A stretch of 64,000 nt of DNA from a virus (IMGVR_UViG_3300042997_002652:32001-96000), one strand, 5' to 3'. Numbered from the stretch's first letter, positions 1-9,259 are shown. Numbers and translations are program-made. Notes: generated by a model from the letters alone, not told the origin.

Positions 1-623
1 TTAATCATTTCATACAAACCGTCTTCGCGTTTTACTGTAAGAGTTTCGTGGTTGCCGGAGTAAAACTCATGTTCCCAATCATCGTCTACTAGCTTTTCAA
101 AAGCCCAGATCATTTCATCAAGCGCGTAATCCCAACGCTTAAAATGGTTGTCGTCAGTATCCCAATCGTTTTCCTTTGCAGGGGCTGATGTACTCTTTAG
201 TTCGTCAGGTACATCTTCATCGTCAACAAACGGTGCACCATGCGTAGTGTCTTTTAGTTGCTTAAGCATGGGCAAAATAATCATGCTTAAAGTATGATCA
301 ACGCTCCAAGTATCCCAGGGATCAATTTGAATCTTGATCACACGCTCACCTTGTAGTTTAGCTATTAGGCTCAAGGCGCCGCAGATTAGTTTAGAGACCC
401 AAGTTTGCTTGCGTTCTTCTTTACCAAACATAGGTCTTTTTTCACCTACTTCAGGCTCAGACTCTACATAACCATATGCTAGCCACTCGCCAAAGTCGTG
501 TACCCAATCTGGCTTACGTTTGAAGCCGTATTCGTCTTTTACTGGCTTAGCCCAAAAGCAAAGAAGTTCTGCTAACTGATATGGCCCAAAGTAATCCTTG
601 TACTTTCCTATTTTTATTTTCAT
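1..623 (-). CDS. Conserved phage hypothetical protein, 3' end runs off the window
   Basis: Not in the ORF track. ATG at 623 overlaps the TGA of the upstream gene (ATGA). Open frame MKIKIGKYKDYFGPYQLAELLCFWAK...IDPWDTWSVDHTLSMIILPMLKQLKDTTHGAPFVDDEDVP... continues to the window edge. Confidence 0.75.
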   Translation of the reverse strand, partial: MKIKIGKYKDYFGPYQLAELLCFWAKPVKDEYGFKRKPDWVHDFGEWLAYGYVESEPEVGEKRPMFGKEERKQTWVSKLICGALSLIAKLQGERVIKIQIDPWDTWSVDHTLSMIILPMLKQLKDTTHGAPFVDDEDVPDELKSTSAPAKENDWDTDDNHFKRWDYALDEMIWAFEKLVDDDWEHEFYSGNHETLTVKREDGLYEMI

Positions 624-1288
624 TTAATCCCCGTTCTTACGTTGCTTAATCTAGTAGTTTCGTGTTTGGTATATTGATCAATAAATAGTGCCTTAACAAT
701 AGCATTAGCAGTTACTACACTATTAACACCAATTAGTCTTTTATTCTTAGTAGAGTATGTAATCATTTTATTATCAGTAGTAATAGCAGTTATATAATGT
801 CTTTCCCATTCTTCAGAATAATATGACTTTATAATCTTAAAGTTAACTTGTACTTTGTCGCCTTCTAAACCCACATAACTATGGTTACATTCTCTTACTT
901 GTCTAAACTGTTCGTCTTTTAACTGTTCTCTGATTACAGCATGAGGTGCTGAGGCAATATACGCAATATTTTTATCAGTAAGTTTTAACTCATCATCGGA
1001 TGCCAAGTTGATCAGCTTTTTAAAATAGTCATGTAGCTTATCTTCAGATAGCATTTTAAAAAGCATACCTTTTAGATAATTGCGAACTTCTGTACCATCT
1101 TTAATACTTTGTTCACTGATTTTGTCAGTGTTGAATGCGTAAAATTGAATCAGTTCTCGGTTAGCTTGTTTACCCTGATGATCTTCTGAATATGTAATAT
1201 CTTCAGGTTTTAAGTAACCGTTATTAATGCTAAGTGCCTGACAACTAGCACCCCAAATAAGTTCAACTGTGATATCAGGCATGTTCAT
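620..1288 (-). CDS. Hypothetical protein, possible C-terminal OB-like beta domain
   Basis: 222 aa ORF, tightly packed with its neighbours; beta-rich C-terminus (DKVQVNFKIIKSYYS...HYITAIT). Confidence 0.65.
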   Translation of the reverse strand: MNMPDITVELIWGASCQALSINNGYLKPEDITYSEDHQGKQANRELIQFYAFNTDKISEQSIKDGTEVRNYLKGMLFKMLSEDKLHDYFKKLINLASDDELKLTDKNIAYIASAPHAVIREQLKDEQFRQVRECNHSYVGLEGDKVQVNFKIIKSYYSEEWERHYITAITTDNKMITYSTKNKRLIGVNSVVTANAIVKALFIDQYTKHETTRLSNVRTGIK

Positions 1289-1292
1289 TTTG

Positions 1293-1466
1293 TTAGCCTA
1301 GTAGTGTATTAGATTCGTCTATGTGAACCAGTACTTTTTTCGCTTCTTGTTTAGCTATAGCGGAAATAAGCCTAAGTGCTTGATAAAGTTCTTTATCAGA
1401 CTTGGGCTCTTTGATTTCTTTAACAGCAGCTTCCAAAACTCTTGCAATACGATCATTTACCATCAT
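1293..1466 (-). CDS. Small hypothetical protein (MMVNDRIARVLE...)
   Basis: Start moved from 1532 to 1466 because a GAGGT SD precedes ATGATG. Confidence 0.55.
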   Translation of the reverse strand: MMVNDRIARVLEAAVKEIKEPKSDKELYQALRLISAIAKQEAKKVLVHIDESNTLLG

Positions 1467-1609
1467 GGTCTGCACCTCGTGATTTAAGCTTGACTTTGCT
1501 TTCTCTACGCAAAGCTTTGAAAGTCTTGCCATGCGCTACTGATTGCTTGTTAGAGCGTATCATAGCTAATACAACATGATTTCTGGGTTTCATTTTCTTG
1601 TCGCTCATA
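1453..1609 (-). pseudogene. Small basic protein apparently split by one extra A (or a sequencing indel)
   Basis: ATG at 1609 follows a sigma70 promoter. Removing one T from TTTT at 1588-1591 gives a 51 aa frame MSDKKMKPRNHVVLAMIRSNKQSVAHGKTFKALRRESKVKLKSRGADHDGK ending at TGA 1453-1455. Confidence 0.4.
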
Positions 1610-1625
1610 ATCTAATATATATGCT

Positions 1626-1653
1626 ATTATAGCATAAACGGACAATAAGTCAA
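1626..1653 (-). promoter_or_regulatory. Sigma70-type early promoter
   Basis: TTGACT-N16-TATAAT with a TG extension on the minus strand. Confidence 0.7.
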
Positions 1654-1696
1654 GCCTTTTTGCGAAATAAAACCTTAGTTAAAACAATAACTTACG

Positions 1697-2140
1697 TTAA
1701 TTGACAGATAAAGTTACGGGGATCAAGCTTCCTACTACTGGGCTAAAGCTTCTGTACACGGTGTGATAGCTACCATTTACGTCAACTGTTACTTTGTACT
1801 GAGAAACTTGTTGTACAGTAAAGGGTTCACTCACGCATTGATTTCTAGTTACTGTTCTGTCACCTGCTTGATTTTGCCCTATAGCTGCACCAGTTACAGC
1901 ACCAACCGCTGTTGCGATATCTCTACCTGAGCCTCCGCCAACTTGATTACCAAGGGCTGCACCAATTGCGCCACCTAGCAAAGTGCCGCCGATTGATCTG
2001 CGAGTTTCTGTTACAGGAGCGCATACTTCACGATGCTGAGTACTCGTGGTATACACCGGTTCAGTAGCAACTACTTTTGCATCAACAGCAAATACATTAA
2101 AACTTACCATTGCAAGTACTAAAAACAAAAACGCTTTCAT
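1697..2140 (-). CDS. Secreted glycine-zipper (2TM) envelope protein
   Basis: Signal peptide MKAFLFLVLAMVSFNVFA; glycine zipper GGTLLGGAIGAALGNQVGGGSGRDIATAVGAVTGAAIG typical of proteobacterial YcfJ/SlyB-like proteins. Confidence 0.8.
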   Translation of the reverse strand: MKAFLFLVLAMVSFNVFAVDAKVVATEPVYTTSTQHREVCAPVTETRRSIGGTLLGGAIGAALGNQVGGGSGRDIATAVGAVTGAAIGQNQAGDRTVTRNQCVSEPFTVQQVSQYKVTVDVNGSYHTVYRSFSPVVGSLIPVTLSVN

Positions 2141-2206
2141 GTCTATCTCCTATGTGTTATACTATAGTACTATTTATTCTATCCAATATACAACTATTTT
2201 GGGTAA

Positions 2207-2371
2207 TTATCTACCCCTACCAGTTCGCTTTACTACGCCCTGGCTTGAATGTCCTTTTTGCGGTTTTGGCTTATTACCTTTTTGATATGAATTATTGCTT
2301 GTTTTCATCTTGTTAAGCATTTCACCATAAACACTGTTTTTTACTACTTTTTTGTTTTCATTGTCGCTCAT
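2207..2371 (-). CDS. Small basic hypothetical protein
   Basis: Start moved to MSDNENKK (GAGGTG SD); Lys-rich C-terminus. Confidence 0.5.
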   Translation of the reverse strand: MSDNENKKVVKNSVYGEMLNKMKTSNNSYQKGNKPKPQKGHSSQGVVKRTGRGR

Positions 2372-2376
2372 ACTAT

Positions 2377-2784
2377 TCACCTCACTGAGTCTAAGTATTC
2401 TTGTAGTGTACCGTATATGGTCATCCACATTGCTATTTTATCATCATAAATTATGATTTCAGGTTCTGTTTTTACATCTTTATTTAATTTGATAATATAA
2501 AAAGGACATTTTATCTTTTTACTTAAAGATAAGGTATAACTGTTAGGATTGTTTAAAATACTAGTATAATCGGTTTTGTTTGTAAATAATGGAAACTTAT
2601 AATGTGCTATATTAGCTTCTGTAAATGCTTCGTATCCGTCATCTTTCAACCTTAAGCTCTGCCCACCTCTGCCACTTACCCACCATTTGAACATTGATTG
2701 TTCAACCGTAAAACTACGATGTTTACTATGCTCAGGTAGTTCTTTAAATACAGCTTCAGTGATTTCTAACTTGGTGTTACTCAT
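2377..2784 (-). CDS. Hypothetical protein
   Basis: 135 aa ORF coupled to the upstream gene. Confidence 0.7.
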   Translation of the reverse strand: MSNTKLEITEAVFKELPEHSKHRSFTVEQSMFKWWVSGRGGQSLRLKDDGYEAFTEANIAHYKFPLFTNKTDYTSILNNPNSYTLSLSKKIKCPFYIIKLNKDVKTEPEIIIYDDKIAMWMTIYGTLQEYLDSVR

Positions 2785-3076
2785 CTGAATCGGGGTAAAC
2801 TTGTCTACCAGAGTTCATAAAGACTACAGTGAACTTATTAGTTTTAAACTGCGTATTAAGCTTTTTACATAAGTTTCTTGCGTGACCTGGATTAGAAAAA
2901 CTAGTTTTCTTGTATTTAGGTACCGTATCGTTAGACAAGTAATGTGAGGATTTTAAATTGATAGGTTGACCATCTAACACAACAGCCCATATACCCGCAG
3001 CTTCTACGATTTGATCACATTTGTATGTTTGTTTGTCAACTATTTCCATTAATACTTTTGGTTGAGACCTGCTCAC
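2777..3076 (-). CDS. Conserved phage hypothetical protein (GTG start)
   Basis: 99 aa; YKKTSFSNPGHARNLCKKLN motif; GTGA overlap with the upstream stop. Confidence 0.7.
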   Translation of the reverse strand: MSRSQPKVLMEIVDKQTYKCDQIVEAAGIWAVVLDGQPINLKSSHYLSNDTVPKYKKTSFSNPGHARNLCKKLNTQFKTNKFTVVFMNSGRQVYPDSDE

Positions 3077-3273
3077 TTAAACGACCCACCTGTTAGTTCT
3101 ACTTGGATTACTTCGTCTTTCTTTTGTTCGCTTGTTAGTAGATGTAGGTCAGCTAACAGCTTTGCTATATCATCTCTTAAACCCCTAGCCTCTTGCATGG
3201 AAATTACTACATCTTTGTTTTGCTTTGATTCCATTGCAGATATTTTATCTATAAATCTTTTTATATGTATCAT
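3073..3273 (-). CDS. Hypothetical protein
   Basis: 66 aa; ATGA coupling; CTAAATA 4 nt upstream of the ATG. Confidence 0.65.
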   Translation of the reverse strand: MIHIKRFIDKISAMESKQNKDVVISMQEARGLRDDIAKLLADLHLLTSEQKKDEVIQVELTGGSFK

Positions 3274-3728
3274 CTACTATTTAGTACTTGATTTGCTTGG
3301 ATTTCAGATGTAAATGGACCGTGATACTCATAACGCTGAATAAAGATGTATTTCGGGCAAAAAAGTACTTGTATGACACCGTTTTGATTTACAACAAACC
3401 ATCCAGCAACATGAAAACATTTACTCTTAGGTGAAGTAGTGAATAAGTGCAGCTTTCGCTTAACATCCATTACTGAGTTATATACTTTATTAGTAGTTGG
3501 ATACTCAGGATATGGATGATTTTGTTTAGATTTTAGATTTTTTATAGATTGAAAAATAATCTTGGTTTTTTGTTTGATATCGTCAGTACTAGCAAAATGC
3601 AAATTAGTACCATTTAATTTTACATCAAAGCCATTTTGGTCGGCAACAACGTTACCAACCTTTTTGTCACCGTCAGTGACAACCCAATACTGATTTTTTA
3701 TAATAGGTTTTGCGATCAAGTCTGACAT
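3270..3728 (-). CDS. Conserved phage hypothetical protein
   Basis: 152 aa ORF in an operon-like run. Confidence 0.7.
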   Translation of the reverse strand: MSDLIAKPIIKNQYWVVTDGDKKVGNVVADQNGFDVKLNGTNLHFASTDDIKQKTKIIFQSIKNLKSKQNHPYPEYPTTNKVYNSVMDVKRKLHLFTTSPKSKCFHVAGWFVVNQNGVIQVLFCPKYIFIQRYEYHGPFTSEIQANQVLNSR

Positions 3729-3729
3729 A

Positions 3730-4191
3730 CTACTCCTTTTGTTGTTCTTTTGTTAATGCCCATACTGTTATAAAGTGGTCATATGCTAATTTTACTGCAG
3801 GAACTTCAAACATCTTTTCTACTTCTTGTTCTAATGCTTTGATACCTGCTTTTGCTGCATCTGTCGCTGAAGCACCGTGAATCGCAAAATCTTGATCAGC
3901 AAAGCTTTGTTTAAGCTCTTGCCAAAGCTCACGCTGTCGTTCAGTAATAGGCTGTTGCTTTGGTTTGTATTCCATAGCTTTAACGATAGCACTACTCATA
4001 CTATCTTCGGCGTACTTACCTGCTGCCAGCATTGGTGCAAACATGGGATCAACATCATACATGTATGAAGTCGTACCCGGTCGACATACAACAAGAGTTG
4101 TTCCTTTAGGGAAAGCATCCATTAACTCTGAATCATACTCTTTTACTGGCTTGTAACGTTTACCTACTTTTTCGTAAAATATTTTCTTCAT
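3730..4191 (-). CDS. Hypothetical protein
   Basis: 153 aa ORF with ATGA coupling. Confidence 0.7.
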   Translation of the reverse strand: MKKIFYEKVGKRYKPVKEYDSELMDAFPKGTTLVVCRPGTTSYMYDVDPMFAPMLAAGKYAEDSMSSAIVKAMEYKPKQQPITERQRELWQELKQSFADQDFAIHGASATDAAKAGIKALEQEVEKMFEVPAVKLAYDHFITVWALTKEQQKE

Positions 4192-4415
4192 GACTTTAAC
4201 TCTTCCATCATTAATCGTTTAGACCGTTCGTTAAGTTCATGCTCTTCACGTTTAATCATATGCGGAGCCATGATAGTAACATATTCTAAGATGGCTTCTT
4301 TACCCTCTTCAGTAAGATGACAATACTCTGAAGAGTAACTCTGGTAGTAAAAAGACTTGTCTTTCAAAATCTCCATCAATCCAGCATAAACTTGTTTCTC
4401 AAGCGGCGTTTTCAT
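4188..4415 (-). CDS. Hypothetical protein
   Basis: 75 aa ORF overlapping the end of the RNase H-like gene. Confidence 0.6.
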   Translation of the reverse strand: MKTPLEKQVYAGLMEILKDKSFYYQSYSSEYCHLTEEGKEAILEYVTIMAPHMIKREEHELNERSKRLMMEELKS

Positions 4416-5409
4416 AAAGAGTACCTTTGTAAGGTGAATTCAACCAACGAGCATAAGTTTCAGCTTGTTCACTGATTTTGTTAAGCTCATATTTTCCTGC
4501 AAATTTCATAAAGTGAACACCAACCTGCGGTATGTGATCAAGCTTTACTGTATCATGAATAGTTGTATCAACTTGCTGTTTGATATCTTCAGGCTGTGCT
4601 GTTAAATCAATCAAGATACGGTTACGTTCGTAATCATCACGTACTCTACGTTCAACACCAAGATGATCTGTCCACTTTTGCAGCATCATGTTGTTCCAGT
4701 TAAAACCCTTCTTGTCACTGTCAGCAAATGCTTCTATCAAGCCAACTTTGTTTTTGCTACCTTTAGTTCTAACACCGGGATATGCTGAAAACACGTTATC
4801 AGTAGCATCACCGCGCATACACTTTTCAAACAAGATAAACTGTGGATCGTCTAGTCCTTTATGCTGCTTAGTTTTCTTGTCAATCACTGGACGATCACGA
4901 TCATCGTAGTAACCACTAAGTGTGATCAACTGATTAGTAATACCATTGTACTGCTTTACATTTTCAGTAATCAGTTGAATAAAGTCAGTATCCGAAGAAA
5001 CAATAATGTGTTGATCATTTGGATGCAAGTGAATGAAACGTGCAATGATATCATCTGCTTCAGCTACGGGATTTCTGATAACTGAACAGTTTGTTTTCTC
5101 ACGCAAGTATACTGTCAGAGCCTCATAAGTATCCCAAAACATTTTGTTTTCTTCTACTTCGGATTCAGTCATTGCAGACTCATCAAGCTTTCTGTTAGCT
5201 TTATATGGCTTGTAGAAATCTTTACGCCAAGACCTGCCTTCTAAACAAAATACCACATGATCAATACCATGTCGCTTTACAACTTGATTGACTGAAGCCA
5301 GTGTAAGATGTAGTGCCATACCAATCTTTTGCCAAGTATCGGCATTACGCGATGCTACGTGACGGGCACGAAAGAAAGTGTTAGCAGTGTCTACAAGTGC
5401 GTATTTCAT
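4399..5409 (-). CDS. rnh: T4 RNase H-like 5'-3' exonuclease / flap endonuclease
   Basis: PIN/FEN acidic motifs LVDTAN, EADDIIA, IVSSDTDFIQL and H3TH motif GDATDNVFSAYPG. Confidence 0.88.
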   Translation of the reverse strand: MKYALVDTANTFFRARHVASRNADTWQKIGMALHLTLASVNQVVKRHGIDHVVFCLEGRSWRKDFYKPYKANRKLDESAMTESEVEENKMFWDTYEALTVYLREKTNCSVIRNPVAEADDIIARFIHLHPNDQHIIVSSDTDFIQLITENVKQYNGITNQLITLSGYYDDRDRPVIDKKTKQHKGLDDPQFILFEKCMRGDATDNVFSAYPGVRTKGSKNKVGLIEAFADSDKKGFNWNNMMLQKWTDHLGVERRVRDDYERNRILIDLTAQPEDIKQQVDTTIHDTVKLDHIPQVGVHFMKFAGKYELNKISEQAETYARWLNSPYKGTLYENAA

Positions 5410-5504
5410 TTATTAATCCAAAGTTATAGTAAGTTTTTATATAGTAGCATATTTAAATATAATAGCAAGATAAAAGGGCAAAAACAACACGAATAAGACA
5501 ACCA

Positions 5505-5945
5505 CTACAAGAAAGTTTCTATAAAATCCCAGTATTCGGGCATAGACGGATCTCTGTATGGATTACCTTTGTAACCATGCCATATTCTTGTTTTGTGCCC
5601 GGCACGATAATTTTTCACCGTAATTCCTTTTAGTTTTGAATGACCGTAACCATGCTCTTTTCGTATTCTTTCTTTGGTATCATCTTCCGGGTATTCAACC
5701 GCATTTATTCCTAGAATTTCGTAATGTTCCAGCGTATGAAGAGGATAATATGAATCGTCTTTTACCCATGATAAAAACCTATCATGGTCCGCACAATAAA
5801 TAGCAGGGCGGTGTAACCAGTCACAGTATGTTTCTTTTATTATAAGTCTGCAATTCAAATGCTCTTTATTTTTTTGTAGTGTATTGAGTATAAAAAGTTC
5901 AATCTCAGATAAACCTTCTACCCATTTTTGTGTAACTCCTATCAT
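5505..5945 (-). CDS. Hypothetical protein
   Basis: 146 aa ORF; no recognisable motif. Confidence 0.6.
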   Translation of the reverse strand: MIGVTQKWVEGLSEIELFILNTLQKNKEHLNCRLIIKETYCDWLHRPAIYCADHDRFLSWVKDDSYYPLHTLEHYEILGINAVEYPEDDTKERIRKEHGYGHSKLKGITVKNYRAGHKTRIWHGYKGNPYRDPSMPEYWDFIETFL

Positions 5946-5957
5946 AATAAAATCTTC

Positions 5958-6060
5958 AACTCACCTCTGCCCGGCCATCGCCGATATTTTTAGTTTGAAT
6001 TACTCGTATTTGGGATCGTATGTCCTAGTATGCTGGTTGATATTCATGCATTCTAACATT
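5958..6060 (-). repeat. Decayed duplicate of the 3' end of the 7701-8144 gene
   Basis: 5958-6012 matches 7703-7757 at 49/55 nt. It encodes QIRVIQTKNIGDGRAEVS* versus QMRVIQTKDIGDGRTEVS*; upstream homology continues with an in-frame TAG. Confidence 0.85.
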
Positions 6061-6108
6061 ACATTTTTGTATCAGCAGGTATACTTATTTACCCACGTGA
6101 TATGTTAC

Positions 6109-7116
6109 CTATAAATTATCAAGCCTAGAATATACTACAGTGTTATCGCTACTTTTTGCGTTTTTGTTAAGTGTTTGATTACTTTGTCTTTTACTACTTG
6201 CTACTGTAAGAATATCCGAAATTTGATATCCAAATTCTTTATGATACTTTTCAACATCAACGTTCATATCACGATTTTTAACCTTTCCCACATTCCAGCA
6301 GCTAACTCCATTTTCATTAAGGTGAACTAATCCTAACCTAATAACTTCTCTCAAAAAATCGTCAGCCCAATCTTGATACGTAGACATGTTTTTAATACTT
6401 TGAGTATCTTCGTGTACATACACTTCTAAATCAAAATAGGGAGGACTGGTAAGCACCATATCAACTTTAGGAATGTTATAACGTGACATATTTCTAGCAT
6501 CATCACATATTAACGTGACCTTATCTTGGATTCCGAGAAAGTTTACAATCTTTATTAGATTGTTATATGTTGTAGTGTTTGGTTCAAACCCAATGTAGTT
6601 AGCACCATAGCTGACTGTACCTAACATTCTACCTCCCCAACCTGCACAAGGGTCTAAAACATATTTAGGTTTGTATTTAATACATGTCAGTTTCATCATT
6701 TGAGGACGATACATTGTGTTTTTTGTCATACCACAGCAAAAGTAAATTCCCCGTTTTATCTCACTCAAATACGGAGTACTATGGCTCTTGCGGTTCCAAC
6801 GTAAAATCTTTTCTAAGTTCTTAGCCGTCCATAGACTTTTGTAACTTGTGCCAGTTGCGCTCTCAATATCGTAAAAGTTGGGACAAAAGTGTTCGCTCAA
6901 CTTCATACCTAGGCGACTAGTAGAATTGATACTATCTTCTGTAGTAGTCCAATCGCAAAGCTTTTTCCAATCCTTTCTCATATCTTCATCAGTATAAGAA
7001 AAGTAAAAACTAGTCTGCTCAAGTTCTAGGGCAAGCATGGGTAATGCTGCTTCAAAATCAGCATCACTCATGTTTCTAGTAGAATGTCGTTTGTTTAAAA
7101 TATCACGTAAGAGCAT
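6109..7116 (-). CDS. Amino-DNA methyltransferase (m4C/m6A type)
   Basis: SAM-binding VLDPCAGWGG followed by catalytic LTSPPYF; start moved to MLLRDIL. Confidence 0.85.
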   Translation of the reverse strand: MLLRDILNKRHSTRNMSDADFEAALPMLALELEQTSFYFSYTDEDMRKDWKKLCDWTTTEDSINSTSRLGMKLSEHFCPNFYDIESATGTSYKSLWTAKNLEKILRWNRKSHSTPYLSEIKRGIYFCCGMTKNTMYRPQMMKLTCIKYKPKYVLDPCAGWGGRMLGTVSYGANYIGFEPNTTTYNNLIKIVNFLGIQDKVTLICDDARNMSRYNIPKVDMVLTSPPYFDLEVYVHEDTQSIKNMSTYQDWADDFLREVIRLGLVHLNENGVSCWNVGKVKNRDMNVDVEKYHKEFGYQISDILTVASSKRQSNQTLNKNAKSSDNTVVYSRLDNL

Positions 7117-7699
7117 TATATCTCTTTTTAAGCATATCAAAGTGCGGCTTAGATATGCTATTTGTTTCGGCAATGAGATTTTCGTTTAGATACTTAATCT
7201 GCAAGCTATCATGATCATAATTCTTGTAACCGAATTCACATACTACTCTTTTGCCAATCCTGGCGCTATCAACTCTCGTCTTGAGTTTGGGCTTAATTAC
7301 CTCGTACGGAATTTCAATGACATACAGGAATCTCCCTTCATGAAAACCGGCGCAAATAACATCACACCCGTCCTTCTTATCCAGCAATTCATTTGTCATA
7401 TCATTGAAATTGCCACTATTGGCACCGATCTTTTGACCTTCAACGATAAACTTAGGCTTAACCTCTTTTTGCTTGCCTGTTAGAGGACAGTAGCCATCCA
7501 TGCCATGCTTTTCCGTATATGAAGTATAATTTAGCATACGCAGTACCATTGCCTCTCTAAGCGTTGATGAATTATTATCACTTAGCATAGCCAACAACAA
7601 ATTGCGATATCCTGGATCTAAATTTTCAAATACGCTATCATTTCCTAAGGCATATTGGATAGCAAGGTCAATATTTTCGTCTGAAAGTAAATTTTTCAT
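7103..7699 (-). CDS. Putative PD-(D/E)xK endonuclease (restriction enzyme-like)
   Basis: HGMDGY...KQKEVKP fits a D...ExK active site; the gene overlaps the MTase gene. Confidence 0.5.
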   Translation of the reverse strand: MKNLLSDENIDLAIQYALGNDSVFENLDPGYRNLLLAMLSDNNSSTLREAMVLRMLNYTSYTEKHGMDGYCPLTGKQKEVKPKFIVEGQKIGANSGNFNDMTNELLDKKDGCDVICAGFHEGRFLYVIEIPYEVIKPKLKTRVDSARIGKRVVCEFGYKNYDHDSLQIKYLNENLIAETNSISKPHFDMLKKRYNALT

Positions 7700-7700
7700 C

Positions 7701-8144
7701 TTAACTCACCTCTGTCCTTCCATCACCGATATCTTTAGTTTGAATTACTCGCATTTGTTGAGCGCGAGTGTCTGGATCTGCTTGTTGCTGTTCATACATT
7801 TCTAGTACTACGTTTCTGCATACTTGTGTAAACCAACGATCTACGATATCTGCATCAGTATCGTCAGGTTTCATTTTGTACCCAGCTTTAATTAAGTTTA
7901 ACACAAACTTATCGTTCCAGTCAAGATCAAATGAACCATTATTAATATCATTTGGATCAACATCAACTTTCAAAATATTGATATATGGGTCACCTTTTGC
8001 GGTTGCTTGTTCTTTTGCGCTTAGTGTGGGTTCAACTGGTTTAGGTTTTTTAGCTCTAGGCTTTGGTTCTTTAACAGGTTTTTCTACTGGCTGCTCTGGT
8101 TGTGCTTCAGCTTTCTTAAATAGATTTTTCAGTTTATCAAACAT
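7701..8144 (-). CDS. Conserved phage hypothetical protein
   Basis: Start moved to MFDKLK (GGAG SD); Pro/Lys-rich N-terminus; FDLDWNDKFV and DIVDRWF motifs. Confidence 0.75.
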   Translation of the reverse strand: MFDKLKNLFKKAEAQPEQPVEKPVKEPKPRAKKPKPVEPTLSAKEQATAKGDPYINILKVDVDPNDINNGSFDLDWNDKFVLNLIKAGYKMKPDDTDADIVDRWFTQVCRNVVLEMYEQQQADPDTRAQQMRVIQTKDIGDGRTEVS

Positions 8145-9156
8145 TAGTTTTCTCCTTAATGTATGTATCGTATAATGCAAAGCTAGCAAGGTTTTTTGCT
8201 TTGCTTTCGCACAGCATGTCGGCCCACTCATTGTGAGTTATAGCCCAATCATTAACCGCTGTGTTCCAATAGTAATCAGAATGAGCGCGAAGGTGTTGTT
8301 TTTTGTGCCCAGTTTCTAATAGTGTAGTAAGATTGGGTAGTGTGTTTTTACAATGATTAACTAAGTAATCTTCGCGTGAAACACTATAATGAATAACAGG
8401 TCTAACACCGCGCCAAGAATCAATCACTCGCTTGATACGATCATCTGTAGCTTCAATATACTCACCTGTTTTCACCCAATGATGATGAATATCTAGGACT
8501 AGTGCAACATGATCTGCAAGCTCAAGTGAAGCATCCAATCCCCATGTCATTTCGTCATTTTCAATAGTGATCATGTTTCTTGCTTCAGGAGACAAACGAG
8601 GCAAAACGTCAATAATACCTTGAGGACCTTTTCTGCCAGAGATATGCACATTGATCTTAAAGTCTTGAAACTGTTTGCCATAGCCCATCATGCGAGCCAT
8701 ATCAACATGATATTCAAATTCTCTAATAGAGTTTTCTACTATAGAGGGAGTTTCCGAAGCTAGCACTGTAAACTGACCGGGGTGAAATGAAAGTCTAACG
8801 TTATGCTTTCTAGCAGTTTCACCAATGGGCGCAAATAGTTGCTCCATGCGCTTTACTACGTCAGGCAGTTTGTAAAAGTATTGCCAATCTTCGTGAGTGT
8901 AGGCTGTCATCATGTCGCTCGTCAACCTCACAATTCTAAGCTCAAGTGGAAGTTTAGCAACACGCATAACAAGATTATGTGTGTGTTTGATGTTAGTTTC
9001 CATTACTTCCCACATTTTGCGTTCAGCTACATTCTTGCCCACTTTTTTCAAGTAAGTAAGAGTAGTGCCGCCAGTGTTAAGACCTTCAACACTTTCAACA
9101 AGACCTTTCTTGTTGATTGCTACAAATTTACACGCAAATCCAATCTTTTTGATCAT
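8137..9156 (-). CDS. uvsE: UV-damage endonuclease (UvsE/UvdE TIM barrel)
   Basis: IGFACK, RLSFHPGQFTVL, INVHISG, ITIENDE, VLDIHHHW, HYS, AHSD and CESKAKNLA motifs; start moved to MIKKIGF. Confidence 0.92.
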   Translation of the reverse strand: MIKKIGFACKFVAINKKGLVESVEGLNTGGTTLTYLKKVGKNVAERKMWEVMETNIKHTHNLVMRVAKLPLELRIVRLTSDMMTAYTHEDWQYFYKLPDVVKRMEQLFAPIGETARKHNVRLSFHPGQFTVLASETPSIVENSIREFEYHVDMARMMGYGKQFQDFKINVHISGRKGPQGIIDVLPRLSPEARNMITIENDEMTWGLDASLELADHVALVLDIHHHWVKTGEYIEATDDRIKRVIDSWRGVRPVIHYSVSREDYLVNHCKNTLPNLTTLLETGHKKQHLRAHSDYYWNTAVNDWAITHNEWADMLCESKAKNLASFALYDTYIKEKTNV

Positions 9157-9188
9157 TGTAGATACCCAGTATAATGATAGACTAGTTA

Positions 9189-9216
9189 AGTATACACGGT
9201 TATTTAGAAATGTCAA
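9189..9216 (-). promoter_or_regulatory. Sigma70-type promoter for uvsE
   Basis: TTGACA-N16-TATACT with a TG extension. Confidence 0.7.
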
Positions 9217-9230
9217 TAGATTTGATGAGA

Positions 9231-9254
9231 AAGGGGTATATTATTATACCCCTT
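9231..9254. terminator. Intrinsic terminator hairpin
   Basis: AAGGGGTATA-TTAT-TATACCCCTT perfect 10 bp inverted repeat just after the 9260 stop. Confidence 0.65.
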
Positions 9255-9259
9255 ACATA

